Shown: positions 22,838-34,271 of the stretch, one piece after another | Numbering within the stretch: the stretch's first letter is position 1 | Layout: each line of letters begins with the position of its first letter | From: an uncultured Nitrososphaerales archaeon | GTDB lineage: Archaea; Thermoproteota; Nitrososphaeria; Nitrososphaerales; Nitrososphaeraceae | Reading direction: 5' to 3' | Assembly: GCA_963713605.1 (NCBI GenBank) | Contig: CAVQMO010000001.1 | Location: forward strand, 640,001 to 704,000 | DNA: 64,000 nt | The notes under the pieces: generated by a model | Told to the model about the DNA's origin: nothing | Databases searched by the model: none | Seen by the model: the letters and a program-made list of their open reading frames with translations, nothing else | Program-made: the position numbers and the translations under genes

Positions 22838-24335
22838 TTATTTTCCAGACAATTCTCTTCTTATTCTGGCAAGTACATCTTTCATCTGTTCCTTAGTTTC
22901 TTGGTATCCATCTTGAATTAACTGTTGGATTGTAGTTTTTGAAAAGTCAAATGTCTTATTTGAAATAGTGTGACTGTCATTCTTTCGGTTCAAACGAACA
23001 ACAAAATCAACATCTACGTTAGCCTTAATTAAATCCTCAAACCTAAAATGCTTCCCAGTGGCAAGATAGACTGCCTTGGTTTCTTCCTTCAGAGTCTTTT
23101 GCAGGACCTCTTTGCTCACACCATTTTCTTCGGCTAATTTAATGAGAGTTTTGGCTAGGCTTATGAAATCAGACACTAGAACTGCAACATTCTCGTCAAA
23201 GGCTGTTCGGTCATGGAATATGATATCATTCTTTCTATCAACAACACCGTCATAATCTGAAGGAAGGTAATCTTGTTTGGCTGGATGAAGATTTATTATG
23301 CCGTATCTCAGTCTGGGTATGTTCTCTTCTAGTTTCCTCACTTTATGCCAATATTCCCGATGAGCAAGTACGGTCTGTCTTAGTGGAGTATTAACTAATA
23401 GCCCACCATCCCAGAAACTGCGTAAGCTCGCTATTGCCATTCGTAGAAGAAGAAGAAGGCCTAATATTGTCTCCAGTATCTGCGTTGTCGTCTTGCGCTT
23501 CACCGACCAAAACACGGTTTTCCACATTTAGTCTAGTATAGTCATAATTTACCGGAACTGAACAGCTTGCCAAGACGAAATCTGCCTTAATGCCATCGTC
23601 GTATCTTATGACATGTTCATATCCCTCTGTATTCTCCTGATCATTCTCGGAACGACCAAATTTCACTCTACCGTATTTCCCATATTCTGATTTCCTAGTT
23701 CCATCCTCTTTTTCATAACTATCAAAAACCACAGGCGTAAGCTCCTGTACATCCACAGCAACTAGCAAGAGCCTTGGTTCGTTATTTTCGTAGCTTGTGG
23801 AAATAGGAAATTTTGCAAACTTTTCTAGGCTTTCCTTTAATGGTCTGTTGTCATAGATGTACCACGTATTTGATGGATCAAAAAACCTATGGTCTAGCAA
23901 GGGCGTCTTAGGTACAAATACGTTAGGAACTCCCTTCAAAATAAATTCCTTAGTGCTGAAATATCTTCTGGCTGATTCTCCAGATGCAATTCGTCTATCT
24001 AATTTACGCCAAGAATCCCAGTATGAGGTAAAGTAGGGAATGTTTTCAACAGATGGTTGTGTAGAAAGGTATTCCCAAAAATCGACAAGCCTTTCACTTG
24101 ATCCTTCCCATGTTTTATTTTCCTTTACATAGCTTACCAATAAAGCGGCATTTATCGCGCCTATTGACGTTCCAGATACGATATGAAATATTGGCTCGTT
24201 TTCCCTGCCTTCTGTTCTAAAGTATGCTGAAAGATCCTCATTGATAGCTTTGTAAGCACCTGCTTCATATGCACCAAGCGAACCCCCTCCTTGAAATATT
24301 AGAGCTCTGTTGACGCTGGGTTTCATAAATCTCAT
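22838..24335 (-). CDS. Patatin-like phospholipase, apparent frameshift near 23435
   Basis: QGGGSLGAY, GTSIG nucleophile elbow and FWDGG catalytic Asp, split over ORFs 23391-24335 and 22838-23527; colinear with 38556-40064. Confidence 0.92.
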
Positions 24336-24773
24336 TCACACCATCTGGTATATTTATTATTGTAATGTGGTCACACCGTATGCGGGTACGGGACGTTTCA
24401 AGCATAACATGGGTTCGACTAAACTTAATGCTATTTCATATGCAATATAGAGAATGGAGTAGCAAAGTGGAATAACGTTTCCGCATCAGTTACCACTCTT
24501 AATTTGAAATAATGTGTATATACCCTCGCAGCTAATAATTATTACATGAGGATCCTATGTCGACATTACATGTGATGCGACAGTAGCATTGGCTCACGTC
24601 TATCGGCACGAGATTCACAGTTCATCAGCGGAGAAAAGTTGCAATTGATTAACGAAATCGATACTAAATAGCATATGACGTAAACCAGATAATGGAGACT
24701 CATGAAAAAATTTCATACCATATTAGCAAGTACTAAAGTGCGATCACTACAATCCATGATATCACCGTCTACC

Positions 24774-24834
<61 letters not shown>

Positions 24835-25054
24835 CTCAACAATCATTACTACTCTAGAGTATCCTTGCACTCTAAAGCCTTTTCCCCAATCTTTCATTAC
24901 CTTTGTAATCCAAAACTGTTCTTCGTAAAAGGAGCACCTAAAATGGTTACAGCATTGAATAGTTAATGGCTGCCAGTAGAACAATACATTAGGATACTGC
25001 AAAGGAGAATGTGTGCTAAGAGCATAAGTAGAAGAAGTCCTTTACCAATAACTG

Positions 25055-25552
25055 TTGACTCACCCAGACTTACCTTTTCTGCAGTCAGATAGAATAATAT
25101 TCAAACTATATGCCTGCGAAGAGCATTTGAAGAACATAAAAAATATTAAGTTTCAACATGGAGATCTCTTATCGAAAAATGCACGAATAAGCGCTGAGAT
25201 GGAAATAGACTCCTTGGTTTCACAAATGATTGGAACCTTTGATTCTCTCCTATTTAGGATAATTGATAGGTTTCAGTTATCCGGCATTCCAAGTGATAAA
25301 ATTAATATAGTGAAAGTAATTAGCGTGCTATCTGCTGAAAGTAAGAAAATTGAACTGGCAAACGAATTAGAGAAAGCAAATAGGGAAGGCAACTGGTATT
25401 GGATGATAAACCATTTAAGAAATTATTCATTGCATGGTTCATTACTTTCGGCAGATGCATCTCTGGACGTTATTCCATATTTTGAGCAGGCTCTGGTTCA
25501 GCTTAAGGATTTCATTAATATTGTCAAAATAAAGGAACCGATATTGCAGTGA
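25055..25552 (+). CDS. Hypothetical all-alpha protein with HEPN-like Rx4H motif
   Basis: 165 aa, helical, C-terminal LRNYSLH. Confidence 0.6.
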   Translation: MTHPDLPFLQSDRIIFKLYACEEHLKNIKNIKFQHGDLLSKNARISAEMEIDSLVSQMIGTFDSLLFRIIDRFQLSGIPSDKINIVKVISVLSAESKKIELANELEKANREGNWYWMINHLRNYSLHGSLLSADASLDVIPYFEQALVQLKDFINIVKIKEPILQ

Positions 25553-25832
25553 ATGCATAACGCTAACCTCTCTGATTGGAGAATATAGAGATCAGCATCT
25601 TAGTATACGTATATTGATTCAATATTCCTATCATTATGAGCTGGGCATTTTTGGTATAAGAAATCATCGCCTTGCAAATAGTGATCTTGATCCTAGTTTC
25701 ATAGCATTAGTGTCAGGATGAATAATCGTGGGGTAAGTCCACAGGGCCCAGAAGTTTCTATCTCGCTTTTAGATGTAATTAATGATACCAGTTTGCAAAC
25801 AAATTGATCTGCATCAAAGCAGATTGGCTTGA

Positions 25833-26738
25833 TTACCTGCCATCAAAAGAGATCTCCTGCCTATGCCTAATGAATCGAAGGAAAATGAAAATGAATGGCA
25901 AAGAAGCCGAACCATACGCAATTTGAATGGGTAACTTGGAATTTAGCGCCAATCCTAGAACTAAGTACATCGTAAACATAACGCAAATGATACCCATAAC
26001 AACATACTCCCTTGTTATCAAAAGAAATCTGTCTACATCAAAATGACGGTAGTGAGTTGAATGGTGGATAACTGGCATTATGAACATAACTGTTGCTACC
26101 GTTACCGCATAAAGTGCTGCCAAGAGGATCATGCTATCAGAAAATTGAAAGTATGATGGAGGGCTCACTGCGATATTCAAGAGAAAACCAAAAAAAATTG
26201 AAGAAGCTGCTCCTAATATTTGACCCCAACGCAAACCCGCACCCACTTTATCATAGGGCTCAGTAGATGAACTTTTAGTGAGATTAGTGGGAGCATACCT
26301 ATAGAATCGAATGAAAATAAAGATGAAAGGTAAGGAAGCTAAACCATATGCAATCTCATTTGGTAGCTTGGAATGTAGCGCCAATCCTAGACCTAAGTAC
26401 ATTGCAACCATTATGCAAAAAATACCTATCAAAGTGTACTTCTTGATTTTTAAAAGGAATTTCTCCACATCAAACTGACGATAGTGAATGAGATGATAGA
26501 TAACTGGTATTACGAACATAACTGTTGCTACTGTCATTGCATATAGTGCTGCCAAGAGGATTATGCTATCAGAAAATTGAAAGTATGATGGAGGGTTCAC
26601 CGCGATATTCAGGAGAAAACCAAAAAAAATTGAAGAAGCTGCTCCTAATATTTGACTCCAGCGCAAAGATCCACCGACTCTATCATAGGGCTCAGTAGAA
26701 GACCGTTTTATGGGATCGTCATCCGCTTGAGATGGCAT
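25833..26738 (-). CDS. Membrane protein with two tandem ~150-aa domains (DUF6328-like)
   Basis: SSTEPYD.VG..LRW.QILGAASSIFFGFLLNIAV.PPSYFQFSDS occurs twice. Confidence 0.85.
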   Translation of the reverse strand: MPSQADDDPIKRSSTEPYDRVGGSLRWSQILGAASSIFFGFLLNIAVNPPSYFQFSDSIILLAALYAMTVATVMFVIPVIYHLIHYRQFDVEKFLLKIKKYTLIGIFCIMVAMYLGLGLALHSKLPNEIAYGLASLPFIFIFIRFYRYAPTNLTKSSSTEPYDKVGAGLRWGQILGAASSIFFGFLLNIAVSPPSYFQFSDSMILLAALYAVTVATVMFIMPVIHHSTHYRHFDVDRFLLITREYVVMGIICVMFTMYLVLGLALNSKLPIQIAYGSASLPFIFIFLRFIRHRQEISFDGR

Positions 26739-26985
26739 TCGAGGATACCGTGTCTATTATATGATAACAATATAAACCATGATAAATGTGAATTCTTGCT
26801 TTCCTAGCGAAAGCAACTGATTTTTTTCAAGCTAATAATGCAATCACTCTACTTGTGTATTATTAATTTTACAGTGTAAGATTGAAATAATTCTGCGTTG
26901 TGGCTATGCCCAAATTTTCAAGATAAGGAAAGTTCTGTTTTGTACCTCTAGGAAATCTAACTTCTAATAACTTTCTGGTTGTGTA

Positions 26986-27439
26986 TTAGTGTGTTTTTTT
27001 GAAGAATAGAAGGAAAATAAAGATGAATGGCAAAGAAGCCAAACCATATGCAATCTGTATTGGTAGCTTAGAATTCATCGCCAATCCTAGACCTAAGTAC
27101 ATCGCAACCATTAAGCAAAAAATACCTAACATAGCATACTCCTTCGTTGTCAAAAGAAATCTCTCTACATCTAACTGGTGATAATGAGTCGAATGGTGGA
27201 TAACTGGCATTAAGAACATAGCTGTTGCTACTGCTACTGCATAAAGTGTCTGCCAAGAGGATTATGCTATCAGAAAAATGAAAGTATGATGGAGGGTTCA
27301 TTGAAATATGTAGGAGAAAACCAAAAAAAATTGAAGAGGCTGGTATCAATACAATCACCCAATCTAGATTGGAAGCAACCCTAGAATAGCGTTCAGTGGA
27401 TGAACGTTTTACAGGATCATCATCTGATCTAGAAGACAT
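26986..27439 (-). CDS. Single-domain paralog of 25833-26738, apparent frameshift near 27250
   Basis: ASSIFFGFLLHISMNPPSYFHFSDSIILLA / FLMPVIHHSTHY...SKLPIQIAYGLASLPF. Confidence 0.8.
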
Positions 27440-27897
27440 TCGAGGATATTCTAACTTAAATGTGCTATTTAAACTTGAGATAGAAATTCACTTGCTTCCC
27501 GATCGGAACTAGTATAGTTATGGTCAATTTTGATGTCAAGGACAGTAAGTTCCATAACGGTCTATATCAAACCATCTTGCTCGTGAAAAACTGCAATGGT
27601 AGCGAAGATTTCGTACTTTATAGGCCGCCTAATAGCGGATATGTATGTAGCAGTCCTTCTATAGTACACTCTTTTTCTGTATTCTATCCACGCCCCATAG
27701 GAATAACAAATATCCTCCGGAAAATTGATTGCCTTTGCCTCAATTAGACATTCAATTGTGCCAAGCCCATTACGTTGCCAATTAGCAGAATATTCTTAAT
27801 TTGTTTCTAGTTAATTCGTTCGCATTTTACTACATTTCCATATTCTGTTTCAGACTCTTCATCTATATCCACTAGTTTATAATCTTCAGCTAGGATA

Positions 27898-28431
27898 CTA
27901 CAGACAAGTCAATCCACAGTTAAGAGATCTTTGGTTAGAGTATGTTCGATTGGAAGTGTAGCCGGAAGGGTCTGATGCAATACTGTTTGTACTAATCTCG
28001 AATCCATTGGTCGCATTTGAAGGGTATTCTATAGACGCTAAATCGCCGCTAACCATATTGTAGGTGTCTTGTCGGTTCCGTACTACAAAAGATTGCTCGG
28101 TTCCCGTCGGCCCCAACGCTGATACATCCCATGTACCTATCGTTGCTGCTACTGTATGGTCACTTCCTTTTCTGACGAGAACCTCAAACGCTAGTTTGTC
28201 AGCAAAGCTTCAGGCCATAAGGTCTTTGTATTGTTTGCTGTCAGGTGGAAAGGATTCAAAGATTTCATACACTTTATCTGCTATCCCTGATTCTTCGACT
28301 GTCAACTCATGGTCTGATATTACAGTTAGTATTTTGTTCTTTGTTTCTTCTGACGTGCCAGCAGGCCAGGCATATACTACATTAACAATGCCTACTATCA
28401 ACGGTATTTCAACAATAAGTATAGTTGACAT
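27898..28431 (-). pseudogene. Secreted hypothetical protein interrupted by one in-frame TGA (28210-28212)
   Basis: ORFs 28210-28431 and 27898-28116 are in the same frame with open sequence between; N-terminal hydrophobic signal. Confidence 0.5.
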
Positions 28432-28908
28432 TTATTAGTAGTCTATTGTAGAACGTTCAAAGGTTTAAGTTATACTATATGATACTACTACGTCCTTCAG
28501 CCGCATCCTTTTCATGTTCTTAGGACTTAAGTTAGTCGTTTCTTACTCTACATCCTCTTCGTATATGTCTTCAGGCGCGCCTAGACCCCATCCAGGTCTA
28601 AAGTCATTTGTGACCGTATCCTGCAGGTGCTCCTTAAGTTCGAATCTAGGTCTGTTGACGTCGATGGAAACGACATGATTAACCTTGATACCAATATTGG
28701 GGTTTTGTCTTAGTTCAATCAGACGACGGCCAAGAGAAGTTCTAGAGTTTTATCCCGTAGAGTGTCCAGAGTGATTTGGAGATTAGTTGCTTGTGCAGGA
28801 GATTCAAAATATGAATGAAAGTAATGCCACTAATTATTTAACTGGCATCGGAGCGCATGGGATTCCAATAATATCTAACAATCAGAGTTTAGCAGTGGAC
28901 CTTATAGA

Positions 28909-29223
28909 TTACATTTTTGATAACAGGTCTGCCTTGAGTTTCTGGAACTCCTCGTCAGATAATATTCCTTTTTGGTGCAGATCAGCATATTTCTGCAACT
29001 TTTGAGTGACATCTTCCTGCTGTGGTTGGGGTTGGGATTGAGGTTGTTGATTTTGTTGCTGCATGGCTTCTATTTGCTTTTGCTGTGCTTCTATCTGTTG
29101 TTGTGATGCTTGTTGTTGAGCTTGTGCTGCCTGAGCCTGTTGTTGCTCCTGAGCACCAGCGCGACTTCTGGCTACGTGTGCTCCTACAGCTGCTGCTGCC
29201 CATCTTCCTCTCATAACCTTCAA
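28909..29223 (-). CDS. Gln-rich SHOCT-domain protein
   Basis: C-terminal QKLQKYADLHQKGILSDEEFQKLKADLL SHOCT motif. Confidence 0.88.
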   Translation of the reverse strand: MKVMRGRWAAAAVGAHVARSRAGAQEQQQAQAAQAQQQASQQQIEAQQKQIEAMQQQNQQPQSQPQPQQEDVTQKLQKYADLHQKGILSDEEFQKLKADLLSKM

Positions 29224-29758
29224 TAGAGTATATGTAGTTAATATACTTTCAAAATGGAAATTTTAGTATGTCAGTTATGGTTTAACTCCTTGGGCCTCTT
29301 CCACTTGGCCCAGGCGTTGGAGCGGGTCGACATATTCGGGTCGGCTGAGGCGATACACCATTCTCTGCACTCACGCATTTAACGGTTGACAAGTGAAATC
29401 AGCAAACCAAAAACAGGTTGGCCAGTCATCATCATTCAACCTATTCCATTTCCATTTCCATTTCTGTCAGTCACTTAGACAGTAAAAAAAGAAGGGTTTA
29501 GTTTGCGGCGATTAAAGCGTTGGTTCCTTGAGTGCCAAAGCTAAGATGTAATACCTGCGGAGCACTGGTATTCGCTAATGGTTTGCTATCACAAAACATA
29601 ATCCGGTCTCATTGATTATAATCCAGAAGATGCTGACAACATATGAATATTCAATATACACTATGCATATGCTGAACAAGGACAAGAATCAGCCTTACCC
29701 CATCTTGTCTGTAATTAAAAGTTTATCTTTAGGCGGATTAGTAATTAAGAATGAAAAA

Positions 29759-30517
29759 TTGTTTAAAGTCATTTTGCCTTCAGGCCGTACCGTGGCACCT
29801 GCATTGATAGTTGTAGATATGCAGAATGGTTTCGTGTCAAAGGGAGGATCGTATGATAAAATTGGTATGAACACCTCTCTGTATAGAGAGATTATTCCAA
29901 AGCTTAAGGATTTAATTGAATTCTGCAGGAGTATGGGTATTCCTGTCTTTTACACCGAAGCAGTAAAGGAGGAAAGTGGCATTGACATTCTTACAAACGT
30001 CCATAACATCTTACCCAAATCAAGACAGGAGAGATTGAAAGTACCCATATGTATTAGAGGTACTTGGGATGGAGTAACAATCGATGAACTAAAACCTAAA
30101 GAGAAAGATCCTGTAATTATAAAACGAAGGGATGGTGCTTTCCTAGATACAGATTTCCGGATTATGCTTCAGAGTCAGGGCATTAATCTCTTGGTATTTA
30201 CTGGAATTGATACTTCTATTTGTGTAGAGACTTCATTAAGGGATGGATTTAACTTAGGTTACGATGTGATGATAATATCTGATGCTACGGCGTCCGGGGA
30301 CAAGAGACATTATGAAACAACTCTGGAAAGAGTAAGAGATTACTATGGATTAGTAATGAATACTGAGAAGTTTAAAGAAGCGGTCGGGAAACTAGATAAA
30401 ATGCGAAAGGGTGAAGCCAAAGCCTTTATGGAGTCACAAGAACAAGCCGAAGCCTTTTTAGAGGAATTTAATTTACTAGACCCTAGGAAATTTGCTGCTG
30501 AACAAGTCAACCTTTAG
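29759..30517 (+). CDS. Isochorismatase-family cysteine hydrolase (amidohydrolase)
   Basis: VVDMQNGF (Asp), IIKRR (Lys), GIDTSICVETSLRDG (Cys) triad; start set at TTG 29759 by comparison with paralog 48655-49425. Confidence 0.92.
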   Translation: MFKVILPSGRTVAPALIVVDMQNGFVSKGGSYDKIGMNTSLYREIIPKLKDLIEFCRSMGIPVFYTEAVKEESGIDILTNVHNILPKSRQERLKVPICIRGTWDGVTIDELKPKEKDPVIIKRRDGAFLDTDFRIMLQSQGINLLVFTGIDTSICVETSLRDGFNLGYDVMIISDATASGDKRHYETTLERVRDYYGLVMNTEKFKEAVGKLDKMRKGEAKAFMESQEQAEAFLEEFNLLDPRKFAAEQVNL

Positions 30518-30666
30518 AATAAGTTAGTAGTGGTAGCCGGTCGAATTACGTAATCGAATGGTTTATCTTCACTTCGAGTTGGTTTACTTGTTTACTACCA
30601 AGTTAAGATAACTAGATTTCTCCACTATATGTAGGCATTAAAGGTCTGGCAATAACCTCTATGGCA

Positions 30667-30779
30667 ATGCTTGCACACGCAAAAGAACTTTTAGAACATC
30701 GAAATGGAATGATCGCTAAGAGGCTACCTGTATTGATGACTTGTTTGATTCATTCAGATTGTCGTTGATGTTCTGGCAT
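30667..30779 (+). mobile_element. Terminase-like remnant C (C-terminal, internally deleted)
   Basis: MLAHAKELLEHRNGMIA / EATCIDDLFDSFRLSLMFWH. Confidence 0.7.
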
Positions 30780-30782
30780 CGA

Positions 30783-31112
30783 CTACTTCTGCTTGGCTCC
30801 TTCGAGGAATGCTCGGGGATCAAAGATCACCTTAACCGAACTTATTTTCCTATCGTCATCGACATGATACCACACGCACACAAGTTGAGAATTCAACTCG
30901 TGGAGAATGCAGACATCGTTGCTATCTGCGAACTCCTTCTTGATGTCGAATTTGACTAACTGCCCAGTCTCGTACAGGTGTAGATTATATTTCAGGTATG
31001 GTTCAGCCCTATCGAACGAATTAAGAGGCGACACGTACGATACATTATCCTTCAAATAGCCTCTGGCCGATTGAAAGTCTCGGCGCTCCGTAGCCTCTGT
31101 GAACTCCAGCAC
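30783..31112 (-). CDS. SnoaL/NTF2-like protein
   Basis: F.EA.ERRDFQSARGYLKDNVSYVSPL...ISSVKVIFDPR pattern; open frame extends further upstream, start uncertain. Confidence 0.8.
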   Translation of the reverse strand: MLEFTEATERRDFQSARGYLKDNVSYVSPLNSFDRAEPYLKYNLHLYETGQLVKFDIKKEFADSNDVCILHELNSQLVCVWYHVDDDRKISSVKVIFDPRAFLEGAKQK

Positions 31113-31189
31113 GATATCCCTTGCACTTTTTACAGAAGATTCAATCTTTTGCGTAGCATTCCTTCGGTAGCATTGAATTTATCCTTAGG

Positions 31190-31280
31190 GGAAGTAGTAC
31201 TTCCAGAATCGGACATCTTTATTACTAATTATAATGCAATAGAGGAAGTAGTACTTCCAGAATCGGACATCTTTATTACT
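31190..31280. repeat. 37-bp direct repeat (period 54) containing palindrome GGAAGTA-G-TACTTCC
   Basis: ggaagtagtacttccagaatcggacatctttattact at 31190-31226 and 31244-31280. Confidence 0.9.
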
Positions 31281-31581
31281 TTCACATGCAATGCGTAATG
31301 CGTAATCCTGATATGTGACAGGAAACGCTCCCTGGACAAAGAAGCAACTAGTCATGACGATCTCATGGATGCCTTTCGGATGTCTCTGCTGTTCTGGCAC
31401 TAAAAAAAGACGCGTGAGGTTTGTCCAGTGGACGTTTGGCTGCTGCAACTGTAACATTTTCTGCTGGTGAAGAAATCGGCATTTATACCTCGATATTTGT
31501 AATTTACAGTGGTGTTTCCAACGATACTCCGTTTTTTTCATTGTGGATACTAGACAACTTTATTAGTTCTACACTTGTAAC

Positions 31582-32759
31582 ATGGCGATAACTTTGTCTA
31601 AACCGCCTCGCTCTGGCCGGTCCAATTTCTATCATGACCTCGTAACTGTAGATTTTCATCAATCACAGATCAAATGGGGTGTAAAGTTTGCTACATTATT
31701 AATAATTCCAATAGTATTAGGGCTGATCACTGGCCATGTTGCTGAGGCATCTTATATCTGTTTCACAGCAGCGTTTGTGCTGGCAGCAGATCAGCTTCGT
31801 TCTAATGGTCCACGAACACGCTTCCTGCTGATAGTTTCCATACTATACGCATTAATTTTCGCCATCGGCATGGTCATAAGCATAAGCAGTAACCTTGTAG
31901 TACCGCTCTGTGGCCTTGGATTATTCATCATATCATTCTTCGCGGTATATCCAAAAACGTTCGGGCTCGTGCTTTTTGCCGGCTTAATGTTTATCATTGC
32001 AATTGCGTCTCAAGGTGTTACCCTCAGCTCTAGTTGGCCAGAGCTTCTTGCTAATTTTTGTAGGTGGACTGTGGGCTACAGTAGGTGGCATCATCTTTCT
32101 GCCCCGTAAAACCACGAAGCAACAACGTACTGTAACAGCAGATCCTATCCAAGAACAGCCTCAACCTCATGACCTGGCAAGACAGATTCAGACCTCTGAC
32201 AAGCAATCTATCCATTCACTCTCAATATTTCCAATATTCATTCGTTTTTGCGATTACAGGTGCAATTGGCATGCTGATTGTTCAATGGTTTAAGCTACCT
32301 GATGGAGACTGGGTTTTGGCGACCGTAGTAGCAATATTAGCCCCAGCATTTACTGATATTGCTCTTACTCTTAAGAGAGGGCAGGAGGAAGTCTACCAGG
32401 AGGGACTCTTAAAAGTTGTCCACCGTATTATAGGTACTATCATAGGTGCGGTAACCATCCTGATAATAATTGATAATGTTCATAACATATGGTTACTGTC
32501 TTTAATATTATTCGTTTACTTAAGCGCTTACCTCTCATTCGTAAAGATAAAGAACTACGCCTTTAAGACGATCTTTACGGCCGGTATGGCACTTCTTTTC
32601 CTTGAAATCATACACCCAGCACCAGACCCGACAGCTGTATCTTTAGAAAGGATCCAGAACGTTTTCATAGGTTGCCTTCTCTCCCTAGGTGCAACTAGCA
32701 TTTGGATCGCATTCTCTCGGAAGAAATCTAACTTACCTTTAGGGCGTAAAGGGGAATGA
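31582..32759 (+). CDS. FUSC-family membrane protein, two apparent frameshifts (~32020, ~32170)
   Basis: Hydrophobic N-terminal helices and FUSC-like W...TV.AIL.P....HRIIGTIIG...ERIQNVFIGCLL across three overlapping ORFs. Confidence 0.78.
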
Positions 32760-32946
32760 AACTTGGTTCTATTTTAGACGGTTCAAAAGAAAACGATGGC
32801 AATAACGATTAACTTGTTAGCGAATCATCAAAAGAGATCAAGAGAAACAATGTACAACCATACTTAACATATTACACTGCCTGGATAGATCAGTTTTTGA
32901 CTGTACCATTTTTTAGGTACCCAAACAAATCAGGGATAAGGTAATA

Positions 32947-33057
32947 ATGAAGTTGTTGTCGCTCGCTTGTCTGTCAGATAGGCATGAGTATTGTTCCCTT
33001 AGTTTTGCCGGCGGTACTGGTTGTCAATGCAACTGTCATCCTAAGAATCAGTATTAA
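32947..33057 (+). CDS. 36-aa Cys/His-rich microprotein
   Basis: MKLLSLACLSDRHEYCSLSFAGGTGCQCNCHPKNQY*; below the ORF-track cutoff. Confidence 0.55.
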   Translation: MKLLSLACLSDRHEYCSLSFAGGTGCQCNCHPKNQY

Positions 33058-33075
33058 AAAAAGATGGAAGTCTAG

Positions 33076-33125
33076 GTTACTAGTTAGAGTAACAAACTCT
33101 CACGAATGATATCGCTTGCGATATC
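33076..33125 (+). repeat. Dispersed GTTACTAGTT...palindrome repeat, copy 2
   Basis: gttactagttagagtaacaaactctcacgaat followed by perfect GATATCGC-TT-GCGATATC at 33108-33125. Confidence 0.75.
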
Positions 33126-33140
33126 CTTTGATACATAAGG

Positions 33141-33439
33141 AGCCTAGACAAGGAAATGACTTCATACAGTGATTGCTTTGGTTCTTTCAGATTGTCTTTG
33201 AGTAGGTTGAACGAGAATACAACCTCAGGTACTTAGGTAAGGTTGGCAACGTATTCCACACGCTAGACATAGAGGCAGCAATATGTACGGAGGGCAAGGA
33301 AATGACGGACATCTACAAGTACCATGGTAGGAAGAAGCATGGGAATAGATGTGATCTGGGGGATACTTCGAAGTTTGTCATTGTCATTACCCAATACAGA
33401 AACAGAAAGGTGGAAGTATTCTATGCAGAGAGCTTCGAG
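33141..33439 (+). mobile_element. Terminase-like remnant D (C-terminal piece followed by a mid-gene piece)
   Basis: SLDKEMTSYSDCFGSFRLSL then EREYNLRYLGKVGNVFHTLDIEAAICT...GRSMGIDV.WGDTSKF.IVITQYRN, near-identical to part of 36573-37076. Confidence 0.85.
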
Positions 33440-33521
33440 CCTACTGAATGGCTATAGAGGTACTGTGATCTGGTAACGTTTATAACGCGGGTTAGTAATA
33501 AATTAGGATGAAAAGGCGATC

Positions 33522-34154
33522 ATGAAGGAAGTATTCAATGTTATGAATTTCATAAGGTGCCCGTATGAAGCATTGCCAAAGGATAACCCAGATACTTATG
33601 TAATGAGGCCTAGACCTTTGAAGGGTACATTGTTTGTCTCATTTGATAATCTTGGTTTCCTATCAGGACAAGTAAGGGTTAGAGGGAAAGGTAAGGGTGA
33701 ATATCCTTTTCATTATTTGGAAATGATAGACCATGTTTTTGGCAAGGAAGTAAATACTATTGAGGTTTGCAGTGGTGGTGTTAATGGAGGATGCTTCACG
33801 GTAGATATCAATCCGAGAACAAATCCTCAGATTGTCGATGATGGTTAGACTCTGGCTAAAATTCCAAATGATACCTTTAATCGATGGAGATGTGACCCTC
33901 CTTACAACAAAGATACAGCGAGAAAAATGTACGGAACTGATTTACCAAAGTCAATCAGATTGCTTGAGGCAGGGGCAAGAGTCTGTAAAAAGTATTCTCT
34001 ATTGTTCTTGCTATTGGGTCCTGTAAACTATCAATGGCATCCTAAAGGAACAAGGAGAATTGCTTACATTGACATGACTGTGGTTCCTCATCACAGTTAT
34101 GCTACTTTTAAAAGGCTACGACTTACTATCACCGCATCTCTATGTCTATCCTGA
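33522..34154 (+). pseudogene. Amino-methyltransferase (N6-A/N4-C, DPPY type) with one in-frame TAG at 33846-33848
   Basis: IEVCSGG..TVDIN SAM-binding-like segment, then read-through WRCDPPYN; ORFs 33522-33848 and 33927-34154 share a frame. Confidence 0.72.
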
Positions 34155-34271
34155 TCTTCTGGCTCGAAAAGATGTGATTCATACTTTCCGGATCTAGTCC
34201 AATTCGACCATGGTATGCTCATGCTTACGTACAACATCTCTTAAGTAGTGAGTCGCTCAAAATAAGTCATC

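Noticed and set aside
31190..31280. Possible mini CRISPR array (37-bp palindromic repeats)
   Set aside because: Only two units, the 17-nt spacer is too short and resembles the sequence after the second unit, and there are no cas genes in the window.
33846..33848. Pyrrolysine or selenocysteine recoding at in-frame stops (also 7940 and 28210)
   Set aside because: No pyl or sel machinery in view, and the stops are single-base changes from common codons (CAG, TGG) in decaying regions.
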